Source of the DNA: an uncultured delta proteobacterium
Lineage (GTDB): Bacteria > Desulfobacterota > Desulfobacteria > Desulfobacterales > JAFDCJ01
DNA length: 64,000 bases
Reading direction: 5' to 3'
Assembly: GCA_963769935.1 (NCBI GenBank)
Contig: CAVYNY010000021.1
Coordinates: 32,001-96,000 of the forward strand
The notes beneath the pieces are model-generated. The model was not told the DNA's origin. It ran no database searches and saw only the letters and a program-made list of their open reading frames with translations. The position numbers and the translations under genes were made by a program. This document shows positions 39,065 through 47,713 of the stretch, in pieces (the first letter of the stretch is position 1; each line of letters starts with the position of its first letter).

Positions 39065-39403
39065 ATGAAAGATCTTAATTCACCCCTTCGTTCTCGCAGC
39101 AGTGATCGACGTTCCCGCCTCGACCGACGCTGGATAAAAGCCCGCTACCAGGGCGAGGAAAGGCGCAGCGGAAAGGACCGGCGGTCGGAAGTCGAACTAA
39201 AAGACCTGAATAGAGATCTGCCGGTGCCGGAAAACGCCGGCCCCCATAAAATGGAAGGGCTGGAAAAACTACTGGTATCCAATACCATCCAGCTGGAAGC
39301 TGTAACCCGTTTGCTGCTGGAAAAAGGAGTTTTAAAAGAAGATGAACTGGTGGCAATGATGAAAACGGTTCAAGCGGAGTATCAGCGCAACACGAAGACT
39401 TAA
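39065..39403 (+). CDS. Small protein with Arg-rich (D/E)RR repeats
   Basis: SDRRSRLDRR...YQGEERRSGKDRRS, then helical LEAVTRLLLEKGVL. Confidence 0.75.
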   Translation: MKDLNSPLRSRSSDRRSRLDRRWIKARYQGEERRSGKDRRSEVELKDLNRDLPVPENAGPHKMEGLEKLLVSNTIQLEAVTRLLLEKGVLKEDELVAMMKTVQAEYQRNTKT

Positions 39404-39447
39404 GCCCGTCCCATAAAGTATACGACGACATTTGAAGGAGAATATTT

Positions 39448-40365
39448 ATGCCTGACAAAGCCCAAGCCATGGTTCTGGCCTCCTTTGCGGCCGATGCGCT
39501 GGCCCTTGGTGTTCACTGGATTTACAATATCAATGTTATCGATAAAAAGTGGGGGCGGGTTGAAAACTACCTCAATCCGGAAAGACCGACTTATCATCCC
39601 ACCAAGACCCTCGGAGAGTTTACCCATTACGGCGATCAAACCCTGGTGCTCCTGAAATCAATTGCCCAGTGCCCCGGCTTTGATCGAAATAAATTTGCAG
39701 CGGACTGGCAGCAATTTTTTAAATCCTACGACGGCTATTTCGATGGGGCCACCAAGGCCACCCTTGAAAATTTCAAAGCCGGTAAGGAACCGAACCAGGC
39801 CGGTTCTGATTCGGATGACTTTGCCGGCGCCGCCCGCATCGCGCCCCTGGCCTATTACTATCGTACGGATTGGGCGCAATTGATAAACAGTGCCAAGGCC
39901 CAGACCGCCCTGACGCATAATAATCAGGAAGTAATCGATAGCGCCGCTTTTTTCGGCGCCGTTGTTTTCAGAGTTTTAAATGGAGAAAATCCCGTTGCAG
40001 CCGTCAGACGGACCCAGGGCGAAGGGTATGACCGGCCGCCTTTTTCAAAATGGATCGAGAATGGTATCAAAAGTGTTGAAAAAGACACCCGCCAGGCGCT
40101 GCTGGATTTTGGACAGGTGTGCGAGATTGAAGCGGCCTTTCCATGTGTGATTCATCTGATTGCAAAGTACGAAGATAATTTGAAAGCGGCTTTGGTTGAA
40201 AATGTGATGGCCGGCGGTGACTCAGCCGCCCGCGGTCTGACGGTCGGAATGGTACTGGGTGCGCACCTGGGGCTTGCTGCAATACCGTCTGAGTGGCTTT
40301 CCGGACTCAAGGCCTACCGGCAAATCACGGGTTTCCTGGAGCAGATAGATCAGAAGGTGGGCTGA
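39448..40365 (+). CDS. ADP-ribosylglycohydrolase family protein
   Basis: ADALALG, THYGDQT, RIAP, LTH, NVMAGGDSAAR, IPSEWL. Confidence 0.88.
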   Translation: MPDKAQAMVLASFAADALALGVHWIYNINVIDKKWGRVENYLNPERPTYHPTKTLGEFTHYGDQTLVLLKSIAQCPGFDRNKFAADWQQFFKSYDGYFDGATKATLENFKAGKEPNQAGSDSDDFAGAARIAPLAYYYRTDWAQLINSAKAQTALTHNNQEVIDSAAFFGAVVFRVLNGENPVAAVRRTQGEGYDRPPFSKWIENGIKSVEKDTRQALLDFGQVCEIEAAFPCVIHLIAKYEDNLKAALVENVMAGGDSAARGLTVGMVLGAHLGLAAIPSEWLSGLKAYRQITGFLEQIDQKVG

Positions 40366-40461
40366 TATGGAGACGATTTAAGTTATTAAATTTTAAATAA
40401 AATACTTCTATCCTAATCTAGAAATTCTTGCTTTTTTTCAAATTTCATTTTACCATGAATT

Positions 40462-41862
40462 ATGGAATCGATTCCCGCGAAACAGACGCCCGTGCTGGTT
40501 GTCGACGATGACGAAGGACTCCTTTTAAGCATTAAAGCAACCCTGGTCAGTGCGGGTTTACCCGAACCGGCACTTGCCTCGGACAGCCGCAATACCTTGG
40601 ATCTGATGCGAACCCATCATTTTCAACTGGTATTGTTGGATCTGATGATGCCGTATCTAAACGGCATCGAGGTGCTGGAAAAAATCAAAAGTGAATTCCC
40701 GGAAACGGAATGCGTGATTGTCAGTGCCAGCGATGAGGTGGCCACTGCAGTGCAGGCCATGACCCTGGGGGCATCCGACTACCTGGTAAAACCCCTGAAC
40801 AGTGAAAAACTTATCGCCCTGGTGAATCGCAGCCTCGAAAAATATAATCTGCAGGACGAACTGGCGCGGTTCGGCCGCCAGAAAGTTTTTGCCGAGTTGA
40901 AGAACCCGGAGGCCTTTGCCGGCATGGTTGCTGAAGATGAGTCCATGGCGTTGGTATTTCATCAGGTTGAAGCTGTCGCCGGCACCGATTACAGCGTGGT
41001 GATCAACGGTGAATCCGGCACCGGCAAGGAGATGCTGGCACGGGTCATACACAAACTGAGCAATCGCTCCAAAGCACCCTTCTATGCCGTCAACATGGCA
41101 TCCTTCAGCAAAACCATATTCGAAGATGAGTTCTTCGGTCATGCCAAAGGCGCCTATACGGATGCTGCAAGTGAGAGACGCGGTTTTTTCGAGGCAGCTC
41201 ACGGGGGTACGCTTTTTCTGGATGAAATCACCGAGTTGGATCCGTCGTTGCAGGCTAAACTGTTAAGGGTCATCGAAGAGCGCGAATTCTATCGGTTGGG
41301 AAGTACTGAAATTAGAAATGTTGATGTCCGCATTGTTGCGGCAACCAATCGCGATATCCATGAGGACATAATTAAAGGTCGCTTTCGGGCCGACCTGTTT
41401 TACCGGATTAACATGTATAACATCAAGATTCCGCCTTTGAGGGAGAGAAAGAATGATATTCTGCCGCTGGCCAGGCATTTTCTTAATCTCCATTCCAGGG
41501 CCAACAACAAGAAAATCCGTGACTTGTCCTCTGAGTTGGCTGAAAGGCTGCTGCGGTGTTCCTTTCTCGGCAACGTCAGAGAGCTTGAAAACATGATAGC
41601 TGCGGCGGTATTGCTGGAAAAGGGCAAGACCCTGACACTGGCTTCCGCCCGCAATTTGTTGCCGTACAACGGACCCGAACGGCGTAAAAATGTTGAACTG
41701 CTCACTCTAGACGAAGTTGAAAGGCGACATATCAAACGGGTTCTCGAGGTTACAGGCGGAAATCGACCGAAAGCGGCTAAGATCTTAGGCATCAATGTTT
41801 CAACCGTATATCGCAAATTGGAAAAATACGACATACCAGACAGCAACCCAACGGAGAATTGA
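40462..41862 (+). CDS. sigma54-dependent response regulator (REC-AAA+-Fis HTH)
   Basis: VDDD/LDLMMP receiver, GESGTGKE, GAYTDA, LFLDEI, FRADLFYR, AAKILGI...VYRKL. Confidence 0.95.
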   Translation: MESIPAKQTPVLVVDDDEGLLLSIKATLVSAGLPEPALASDSRNTLDLMRTHHFQLVLLDLMMPYLNGIEVLEKIKSEFPETECVIVSASDEVATAVQAMTLGASDYLVKPLNSEKLIALVNRSLEKYNLQDELARFGRQKVFAELKNPEAFAGMVAEDESMALVFHQVEAVAGTDYSVVINGESGTGKEMLARVIHKLSNRSKAPFYAVNMASFSKTIFEDEFFGHAKGAYTDAASERRGFFEAAHGGTLFLDEITELDPSLQAKLLRVIEEREFYRLGSTEIRNVDVRIVAATNRDIHEDIIKGRFRADLFYRINMYNIKIPPLRERKNDILPLARHFLNLHSRANNKKIRDLSSELAERLLRCSFLGNVRELENMIAAAVLLEKGKTLTLASARNLLPYNGPERRKNVELLTLDEVERRHIKRVLEVTGGNRPKAAKILGINVSTVYRKLEKYDIPDSNPTEN

Positions 41863-41971
41863 GCCATTGAGGGGTTCGAGAAGATGGAATCACCCGAATT
41901 CCTGAATTCTTTAATAGGCTGGGCCGGGTAAATTCAATAAGGCGGGGGGCTCTGAGCAGGAGGGCAAAAAT

Positions 41972-42421
41972 ATGTCAGATGGCTTGGATGTTATCGTCCT
42001 TGACGACGATCGCGGCATTTGCGAGATCATCTCCGAGTTGATCGAAAGTTTTTATTCGTGGGGGAAAGTATATCCTTTTTCGGATCCGGAGGAAGCGATA
42101 ACATTTTGTCTGCAACGGGACATCGGAGTTGCGATTTTTGTGGTGGATGTTTTTCTCGGCGGCCTGAACGGATTTTATTTTTTAGATGCCATCGCAGAAA
42201 AGTATCCCACTGCGTATGAAGATGCAATCATGATCAGCGGCAATGCCAGTGATGACGTGGTGAACATGTGCCTGGCATCCAACGTGAACTACTTGCTGGA
42301 AAAGCCTCTTAAACCTTATGCCCTGCAGCTCGCCGTAAGGGCCATAACGGCCAAATACTTGGAATTTGCCAAAAAACTAATGGAGGATTCACGGTTTGCT
42401 AAAAATGTGGCCAGACTTTAG
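41972..42421 (+). CDS. Single-domain response regulator
   Basis: LDDD, VVDVFL, ISG, EKP. Confidence 0.85.
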   Translation: MSDGLDVIVLDDDRGICEIISELIESFYSWGKVYPFSDPEEAITFCLQRDIGVAIFVVDVFLGGLNGFYFLDAIAEKYPTAYEDAIMISGNASDDVVNMCLASNVNYLLEKPLKPYALQLAVRAITAKYLEFAKKLMEDSRFAKNVARL

Positions 42422-42482
42422 CCCCACCATTTCGGCATAACGGAAAGTTCAAGGTTTAAAAATTCCGAGGCATCAACAACCT

Positions 42483-43220
42483 ATGGCTGAAACTGAAAAA
42501 ATTCGGGGAGGCGAAATTGCAACGCTTTTGACAGAGCTGCAGCAGCTTAAAACCCCGCTAAAAATTCGTTGGACGGATGATGATGAAGAATATTTAACCT
42601 ATATCACGGATATCCGCAAACGGAAGCGAACGCTTCATTTTCTTGTCAACTATCAGGAAGATCTTCCCAAAACCCGTGAGGCTGCCAATCCTTCACAGCT
42701 GCGGTTTGAATTCAGCGATAAAGAAAACATTAAATATGTCTTTGAAACCAACGCCGATGAATTCTCCCGGGGAATGGTGTGGGTGGCTTTTCCGGAATCC
42801 ATCCAGCGATACCAGCGACGCAGCCTTTTCAGGCTGGAAGCGCCCCACGGCACCCGGCTCTATTTCAACGTCAACGATGTCCGCTGTAAGCTGCTCGTCA
42901 TTAATGTCAGTCTGGGCGGGACCCTCGGTGTGCTGGTCAGCTTGACCAAACAAATGGAGCACGAACTCACATCCTGCCAGTCGCAAACATTGAAGAATGT
43001 CGAACTGTTCTTTCCTCCCAAAATTCAAAAAGAACAAGGTTCCGTAATCAAGATCAAACGCTGCCGGATTATAAGACAGGAACGAAATCCACTGACCCAA
43101 AAATTCGAATGCGCCATGGAGTTCAAAGAAATAGAAGAAGCTGAGCAGAAGAAGTTAACACGGCAATTCTACCGTTGGCAAAGAGAGTATCTACGAAGAA
43201 GAAAATTGATGGGCGCTTAG
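42483..43220 (+). CDS. PilZ-domain (YcgR-like) c-di-GMP effector
   Basis: QRRSLFR (RxxxR) and NVSLGG ((D/N)xSxxG). Confidence 0.85.
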   Translation: MAETEKIRGGEIATLLTELQQLKTPLKIRWTDDDEEYLTYITDIRKRKRTLHFLVNYQEDLPKTREAANPSQLRFEFSDKENIKYVFETNADEFSRGMVWVAFPESIQRYQRRSLFRLEAPHGTRLYFNVNDVRCKLLVINVSLGGTLGVLVSLTKQMEHELTSCQSQTLKNVELFFPPKIQKEQGSVIKIKRCRIIRQERNPLTQKFECAMEFKEIEEAEQKKLTRQFYRWQREYLRRRKLMGA

Positions 43221-43256
43221 CAAAATAAGACATTTTATATTTTGATCATTACTTTT

Positions 43257-44192
43257 TCAAATCTCCCAAACCATTCCTTCCCTGGCAAAAACGATCTCCA
43301 TGTCGCCGTTTCTTCGCCCACCGCAGAATTCCCTTGCCAGGCGGTCAATCTGCGAATCGGTGCGCAGCGGATCATGGTGGCAAATAACCAGTCGCTTAAC
43401 CGCTGCCCGTTCGGCCGTCTCAACGGCATATTCGACCGGTGAATGGCCCCATCCGATTTTACCGGCTTCGTATTCCTTCATGGTATACTGTCCGTCATGG
43501 ATGAGTAGATCCGCGCCGGAGAAAAATTCTTCCATCCTGCTGTTTTCCTCCCGGGCGGCCGCAGTCCCCTCCGCGGCAACAAGCTCATCGTATGATGGCT
43601 CGGACGGATCCACACCGAATACATTATAGAACGGTTCGGTATCATAAGCAGTACAGAAGACTTTCCCGCAGTATTCGAATCGATACCCCAGAGCAAGCAG
43701 CGGGTGGTTGAGATATTTGGCGATCAGCACAATGCCGTCACCAAGGTCGTAGCGCCCCTCCTTTATATCAATGTATTCAATGCAGGCACCCAATTCTTCC
43801 TGGCGCACCGGAAAGTAGCGATAGGACATCTGGCCGCCGATCACATCCTTCAGACGATCCTCGGCACAGGTTATAGGGCCGTGAATTTTCAGGTAAGTTT
43901 GCGGCAAATACATCGGTGCAAAGAAAGGCAGCCCCAAAATATGGTCCAGATGGGTGTGGGTCAAAAAGATCTCGGCGCTGAAATGACCGTTGCCGAAGGA
44001 ATTTTCAATCAGGGCGTCGCCCAGTGCACGAATTCCGGAACCGGCATCAATAATGATCAACCGATTACGATCGGCGGTCTTCAAACGCAATTCAAGACAT
44101 AAGGTGTTGCCGCCATATTTGACGGTTTCCGGTCCCGGGCTGGGTATGGAGCCCCTTACACCCCAAAATTTTAATTCCATCACGCTAGTCAT
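43257..44192 (-). CDS. MBL-fold metallo-hydrolase (RNase Z/phosphodiesterase-like)
   Basis: FWGVRGSIP, DAGSG, THTHLDHI, NHP, YDTE, WGHS, HHDP; start 44192 or 44180. Confidence 0.9.
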   Translation of the reverse strand: MTSVMELKFWGVRGSIPSPGPETVKYGGNTLCLELRLKTADRNRLIIIDAGSGIRALGDALIENSFGNGHFSAEIFLTHTHLDHILGLPFFAPMYLPQTYLKIHGPITCAEDRLKDVIGGQMSYRYFPVRQEELGACIEYIDIKEGRYDLGDGIVLIAKYLNHPLLALGYRFEYCGKVFCTAYDTEPFYNVFGVDPSEPSYDELVAAEGTAAAREENSRMEEFFSGADLLIHDGQYTMKEYEAGKIGWGHSPVEYAVETAERAAVKRLVICHHDPLRTDSQIDRLAREFCGGRRNGDMEIVFAREGMVWEI

Positions 44193-45078
44193 CTTGGACG
44201 ACCTCCAGAAAAACTTTGGCTTTGTCGATTTCGCATAATACCGTCTCGCGCAGATTCGACAACATCGCCCAATCGACGCCGACTTTGCCGCTAAGATCGG
44301 TGGCCGCCGCATGATCGGCAGGCTGACTTCCGGCATTGCCGATATGGAACACGTTGGCCCATTGATTGGCCAATGAAACAATCGACACAAAGCCGCGGTT
44401 TTTCTCAGAGCTCTCATCCGGATGGTGATGGTGGGAAAGCGAGTCAATCAGCGACCGGCCCAGTCGCCATTTCCTGGCAATCATCCGTCCCACGGCACAA
44501 TGATCGAGTCCCAGATGCCTGATTTCGTTCAGGTACAGTTCATTTTCCTGGCGGCGGGCGCAATCCCATACCCGGTAGTATTCTGTCGGAAATTGGGATT
44601 GCAAGGGAAGTTTGCCCAGGTCGTGCAACAGTCCGGCAATAAAAAATTCTTCGCGCGCTGACGAAGGCACTTCCTTTAGAGCAGCCAGTGATTTAGCGAC
44701 CACCCCGACCCCCAGCGAGTGGGTCCAGAATTCATCGGCCGAAAATGATCGACCGGGGCGCTGGCCCTTGAAATTATCCAGAATGGTAAAGCTAAGCGCG
44801 AGGTTTTTGACATTATTAATTCCCAGCAGAATAATCGCATGGGTAAGAGAAGATACCGGGCGGCCCAGTGAATAATAGGCCGAATTGATGAGTTTCAAGA
44901 CCCGGCCGGTTAGAACCGGGTCCAGCGAGATGACCTTTTTGAGATCATAGGCGGAGGCCTTCGGATCGTTGCAGGTCTCCAGGACTTTAATAACGGTGGT
45001 CGACAGACTGGGCATTCTGGCAATGTAGGCCTCAATTTTCTTTAAAAAGCGCTCCCGGTTGGGATGGAAATCATTCAT
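44185..45078 (-). CDS. HDOD domain protein
   Basis: MPSLS, DPVLTGRVLKLINSAYY, FWTHS, AGLLHDLGKL, DH...G...ARKW; start set at MNDFHP. Confidence 0.92.
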   Translation of the reverse strand: MNDFHPNRERFLKKIEAYIARMPSLSTTVIKVLETCNDPKASAYDLKKVISLDPVLTGRVLKLINSAYYSLGRPVSSLTHAIILLGINNVKNLALSFTILDNFKGQRPGRSFSADEFWTHSLGVGVVAKSLAALKEVPSSAREEFFIAGLLHDLGKLPLQSQFPTEYYRVWDCARRQENELYLNEIRHLGLDHCAVGRMIARKWRLGRSLIDSLSHHHHPDESSEKNRGFVSIVSLANQWANVFHIGNAGSQPADHAAATDLSGKVGVDWAMLSNLRETVLCEIDKAKVFLEVVQDD

Positions 45079-45100
45079 TGCACGACACGAGTCAAAACAC

Positions 45101-45129
45101 ATGTGAAGTTATTTTTGAGTAGGTCCTTA
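45101..45129. mobile_element. Remnant end of the TAA/TTA MITE family
   Basis: ATGTGAAGTTATTTTTGAGTAGGTCCTTA versus ATGTGAAGTTATCTTTGAGTGAGCCCTTA (1921-1949); TTA is the stop of the adjacent gene. Confidence 0.6.
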
Positions 45130-45588
45130 AGATGCGATATAGTCTCCTCTGTAAAATTTGGTTGTTTCCAGTGAGGCGGTAACCAGCGTCTGATTGACGA
45201 TATCTTTGAGTTTCTCGCCATCGGGCAATGTATCCAACACCGGTGCCAGCTTTTCCCTCTGCTTGTCAATTTCTTGGATGATGGGATCAATTTTTTTCAG
45301 GCTATTGCCAGGATCAGACAGCATTTGACGGTAATGATCAAGCAGGTCGATTAAATTTTCCACGCGCTCAGTGGCAACCTGCCGATCCCATCCAAAAGTT
45401 TCCGCCGACCGGATTCCGGACAGGGGATTGACAAAAGTCGTCGACCGCGATCCCGCAACTTCCGGCGGCTTATTTCCAATGGTCTCTTTTAAAATATCAC
45501 CAAATTTTTCGCCGACCGCCGGCTGGGAATCCGTTTTGCCCTCGGTATAAAGATTCTGGAGTATTTGATGGTAATTTTCAATTTTCAT
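45127..45588 (-). CDS. Hypothetical protein, possibly flagellar-associated
   Basis: 153-aa ORF with RBS AAGGA; FGDILKE motif and helical C-terminus ending FYRGDY; lies downstream of cheW. Confidence 0.75.
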   Translation of the reverse strand: MKIENYHQILQNLYTEGKTDSQPAVGEKFGDILKETIGNKPPEVAGSRSTTFVNPLSGIRSAETFGWDRQVATERVENLIDLLDHYRQMLSDPGNSLKKIDPIIQEIDKQREKLAPVLDTLPDGEKLKDIVNQTLVTASLETTKFYRGDYIAS

Positions 45589-45870
45589 CGCGGCACCGTC
45601 CTTAATTTAATTTCTCCGAATTTCTGCAGCTCATATAAAATATGAGAGCATCACTCGGATCATTGGGGAATCGCCCAAACGTCCTCGTGTGAACCATGCT
45701 ATTGCAATATTCATGCACAGTTGTGTGATATATTATTCTGTGAAGAAATTAATATAATATCAAACAATTAGAACATAAAATGCTCCCGGCTGGACGGAAC
45801 CGGAAACTGGAGCGGAAAAAAATACCACCAGGCAGCGACGGCACGGCAAATATTTCCGCAGAAGAGGGTC

Positions 45871-46383
45871 TTAGGCCGCCTCGGACAGCAGCGACAGTTC
45901 ATCATTGCTTAAAACCCGGTCAATATCCAATAATATTTTGACGCCACCTTCCATTTTTGCCATCCCGAGAATATAGTCGGTGTTTAGCTTGGTGCCGAAG
46001 GTGGGGGTTTTTTCTATGTCGTCGCCCTTGATATTTAGAACCTCCGATACCGCATCAACCACTATGCCGATCAGGATGGTTCCTGCATTGCCGGAGATTT
46101 CCACAACAATGATACAGGTTCGCTCGGTATAGTCGATGGCCGGCATGCCAAATCTCAATCGAAGATCCAGCACGGGAATGACCTTCCCCCGAAGGTTGAT
46201 TACCCCTTTCACATAGTCCGGCGTCTGCGGCACCGAAGTTATCGGCAGCATGCCGATGATCTCTTTGATCTTCAGGATGCCGATACCGTAATCTTCTTCC
46301 GCCAATGTGAACGTAAGATATTTGCCTTCCTTATCGGCCATAGCCTTGACCGCCTGATTAATCTTCTCCTCGACATGTGCCAT
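45871..46383 (-). CDS. cheW: Chemotaxis coupling protein CheW
   Basis: KYLTFTL..EDYGI, VKGVINLRGKVIPVLDLR, GIVVDAVSEV. Confidence 0.96.
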   Translation of the reverse strand: MAHVEEKINQAVKAMADKEGKYLTFTLAEEDYGIGILKIKEIIGMLPITSVPQTPDYVKGVINLRGKVIPVLDLRLRFGMPAIDYTERTCIIVVEISGNAGTILIGIVVDAVSEVLNIKGDDIEKTPTFGTKLNTDYILGMAKMEGGVKILLDIDRVLSNDELSLLSEAA

Positions 46384-46401
46384 CGTCTTTTCTCCTTATA
46401 T

Positions 46402-47142
46402 CTAGCTTTTTGAAATTGATTTCAGCGGTACGCCCAGCACCAGATATGACATAGGCGGTTCCCGCAGCGGATGAACCGAGACCCGAATCGCGCGGCTTCC
46501 GAACGATCCGTTATTAATTAAAATCCGGCAGTCTTCGTTCACCGCAGGCTTTCCAACCGCCATTTTTCTGACCGCCTCAATGACCTTGGGCAGTGAACCG
46601 GAATAAATAATTTTTTCAAGTCCCATGCCCACTAGATCTCTTTGCTGAACACCACATAAGTCGGCACAGAGAGAATTGCCGCCCCACAGGTACAAATCCT
46701 TAAAGACAGCGGCCGGCCCATTAATTTGATGGACGAATTGGATGCGGTGCAAATAGGTTTCGATGTAATAGCGGCAAGTGTTACAGTCCCTACAGCTCAG
46801 CAAACCGCTGTCTTTAAGCGTGAAACAGGGCTGCAGCTGATTCTTAAACGCAATACATTCGCCGCATCCGTGTCCGTGATCAGTGCCGTGCCAGAAATGC
46901 CAACAGGTCTGAAAGCTTTTGTAAATGGGCCCGTTTGAGTTTTCCGGCCACAATTCGGGCGGTATTTTTTGCCCGTTGCTGTTAAGGAAAAACAAAAGGT
47001 CTTCAACCGGAATCGTATAATTTCTTCCCGCCCGATTGGCATGCAATTTTCTGGAGCGAATCCAGTATCCGACGGTGGTGCGCCCCACCCCGCACAGGAC
47101 AGCCGCCTGGGATACCGACAATGTTTTTTTGTTTTCGGCCAT
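46402..47142 (-). CDS. Excisionase/MerR-like HTH protein with Cys-rich middle and PAS-like C-terminus
   Basis: LSVSQAA.LCGVGRTTVGYWIR..KL.A...GRNY.I; seven clustered Cys; N...ADLCG....DLVG...EKII. Confidence 0.8.
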   Translation of the reverse strand: MAENKKTLSVSQAAVLCGVGRTTVGYWIRSRKLHANRAGRNYTIPVEDLLFFLNSNGQKIPPELWPENSNGPIYKSFQTCWHFWHGTDHGHGCGECIAFKNQLQPCFTLKDSGLLSCRDCNTCRYYIETYLHRIQFVHQINGPAAVFKDLYLWGGNSLCADLCGVQQRDLVGMGLEKIIYSGSLPKVIEAVRKMAVGKPAVNEDCRILINNGSFGSRAIRVSVHPLREPPMSYLVLGVPLKSISKS

Positions 47143-47173
47143 TCGTACGATAACTCCTTGCTGACTGGGGCAT

Positions 47174-47200
47174 ATATCGGCAATTCCTCAAAAAACTTGA
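47174..47200 (-). promoter_or_regulatory. sigma28 (FliA)-type promoter for the HTH-cheW unit
   Basis: Minus strand TCAAG-N14-GCCGATAT about 30 bp upstream of the ATG. Confidence 0.75.
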
Positions 47201-47383
47201 TCCAAAATTAGGGAATCCCGGCTGTCAGGCCTTAGAGGCTGAATAAAAAATAAACCAGTCCGGCAGAATTAATGCAATAATTGCCCACCTGTCGGATTTT
47301 TGACGGAATTGCTGCTCAAAACCCACTAGTGGTTCGAAGACAGGCAACATCCTCCAATTCATTTCCGATCCGGCTTATATTCA

Positions 47384-47396
47384 TAACCTGTTGATA
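47384..47396 (-). promoter_or_regulatory. IHF binding site
   Basis: TATCAACAGGTTA matches WATCAANNNNTTR; AT-rich flank. Confidence 0.65.
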
Positions 47397-47457
47397 TGTT
47401 AATGATTTTATTTTTAAATAACCGTGCGGATCAAGTCGTTACTCTGAATTTATCATC

Positions 47458-47473
47458 TGGCACATTAATTGCT
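47458..47473 (+). promoter_or_regulatory. sigma54 -24/-12 promoter
   Basis: TGGCAC-ATTAA-TTGCT. Confidence 0.85.
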
Positions 47474-47483
47474 TTAATAAACA

Positions 47484-47568
47484 TCAAATGGAATGAAGTT
47501 TCCTCCTTTCCTTCATTCCCACCTCCGACTAACCCTGTTAGGCACCCCCCCTAACAGGGTTTTTCTTT
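47484..47568 (+). ncRNA. Candidate sigma54-dependent small RNA with C-rich loops
   Basis: Stem GGAATGAAG/CTTCATTCC with loop TTTCCTCCTTTC, linker CACCTCC, 12-bp terminator stem and U-tract; no plus-strand gene follows. Confidence 0.7.
47531..47568 (+). terminator. Intrinsic terminator
   Basis: AACCCTGTTAGG-CACCCCC-CCTAACAGGGTT-TTTCTTT. Confidence 0.85.
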
Positions 47569-47713
47569 GCAGACAGGTGCATAGTACCCCCCTCAAAGGA
47601 TCAAATTAGGTGTCGAAAGGTGTCGAAAAATTGGCAGTCTGCTATTTGGATCGGCCGGAAAGGGAATAAGAAAGAGGATTTGAAGGCAGCTACGACAATA
47701 AATGATATTTATT

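Noticed and set aside
46402..47142. Prophage/ICE excisionase
   Set aside because: The HTH is fused to sensory-like domains, has a sigma28 promoter, and there are no phage or integrase genes.
47490..47530. CsrB/RsmZ-like GGA-repeat RNA on the minus strand
   Set aside because: GGA motifs exist on that strand, but promoter and terminator U-tract both point to + strand transcription; kept only as an alternative.
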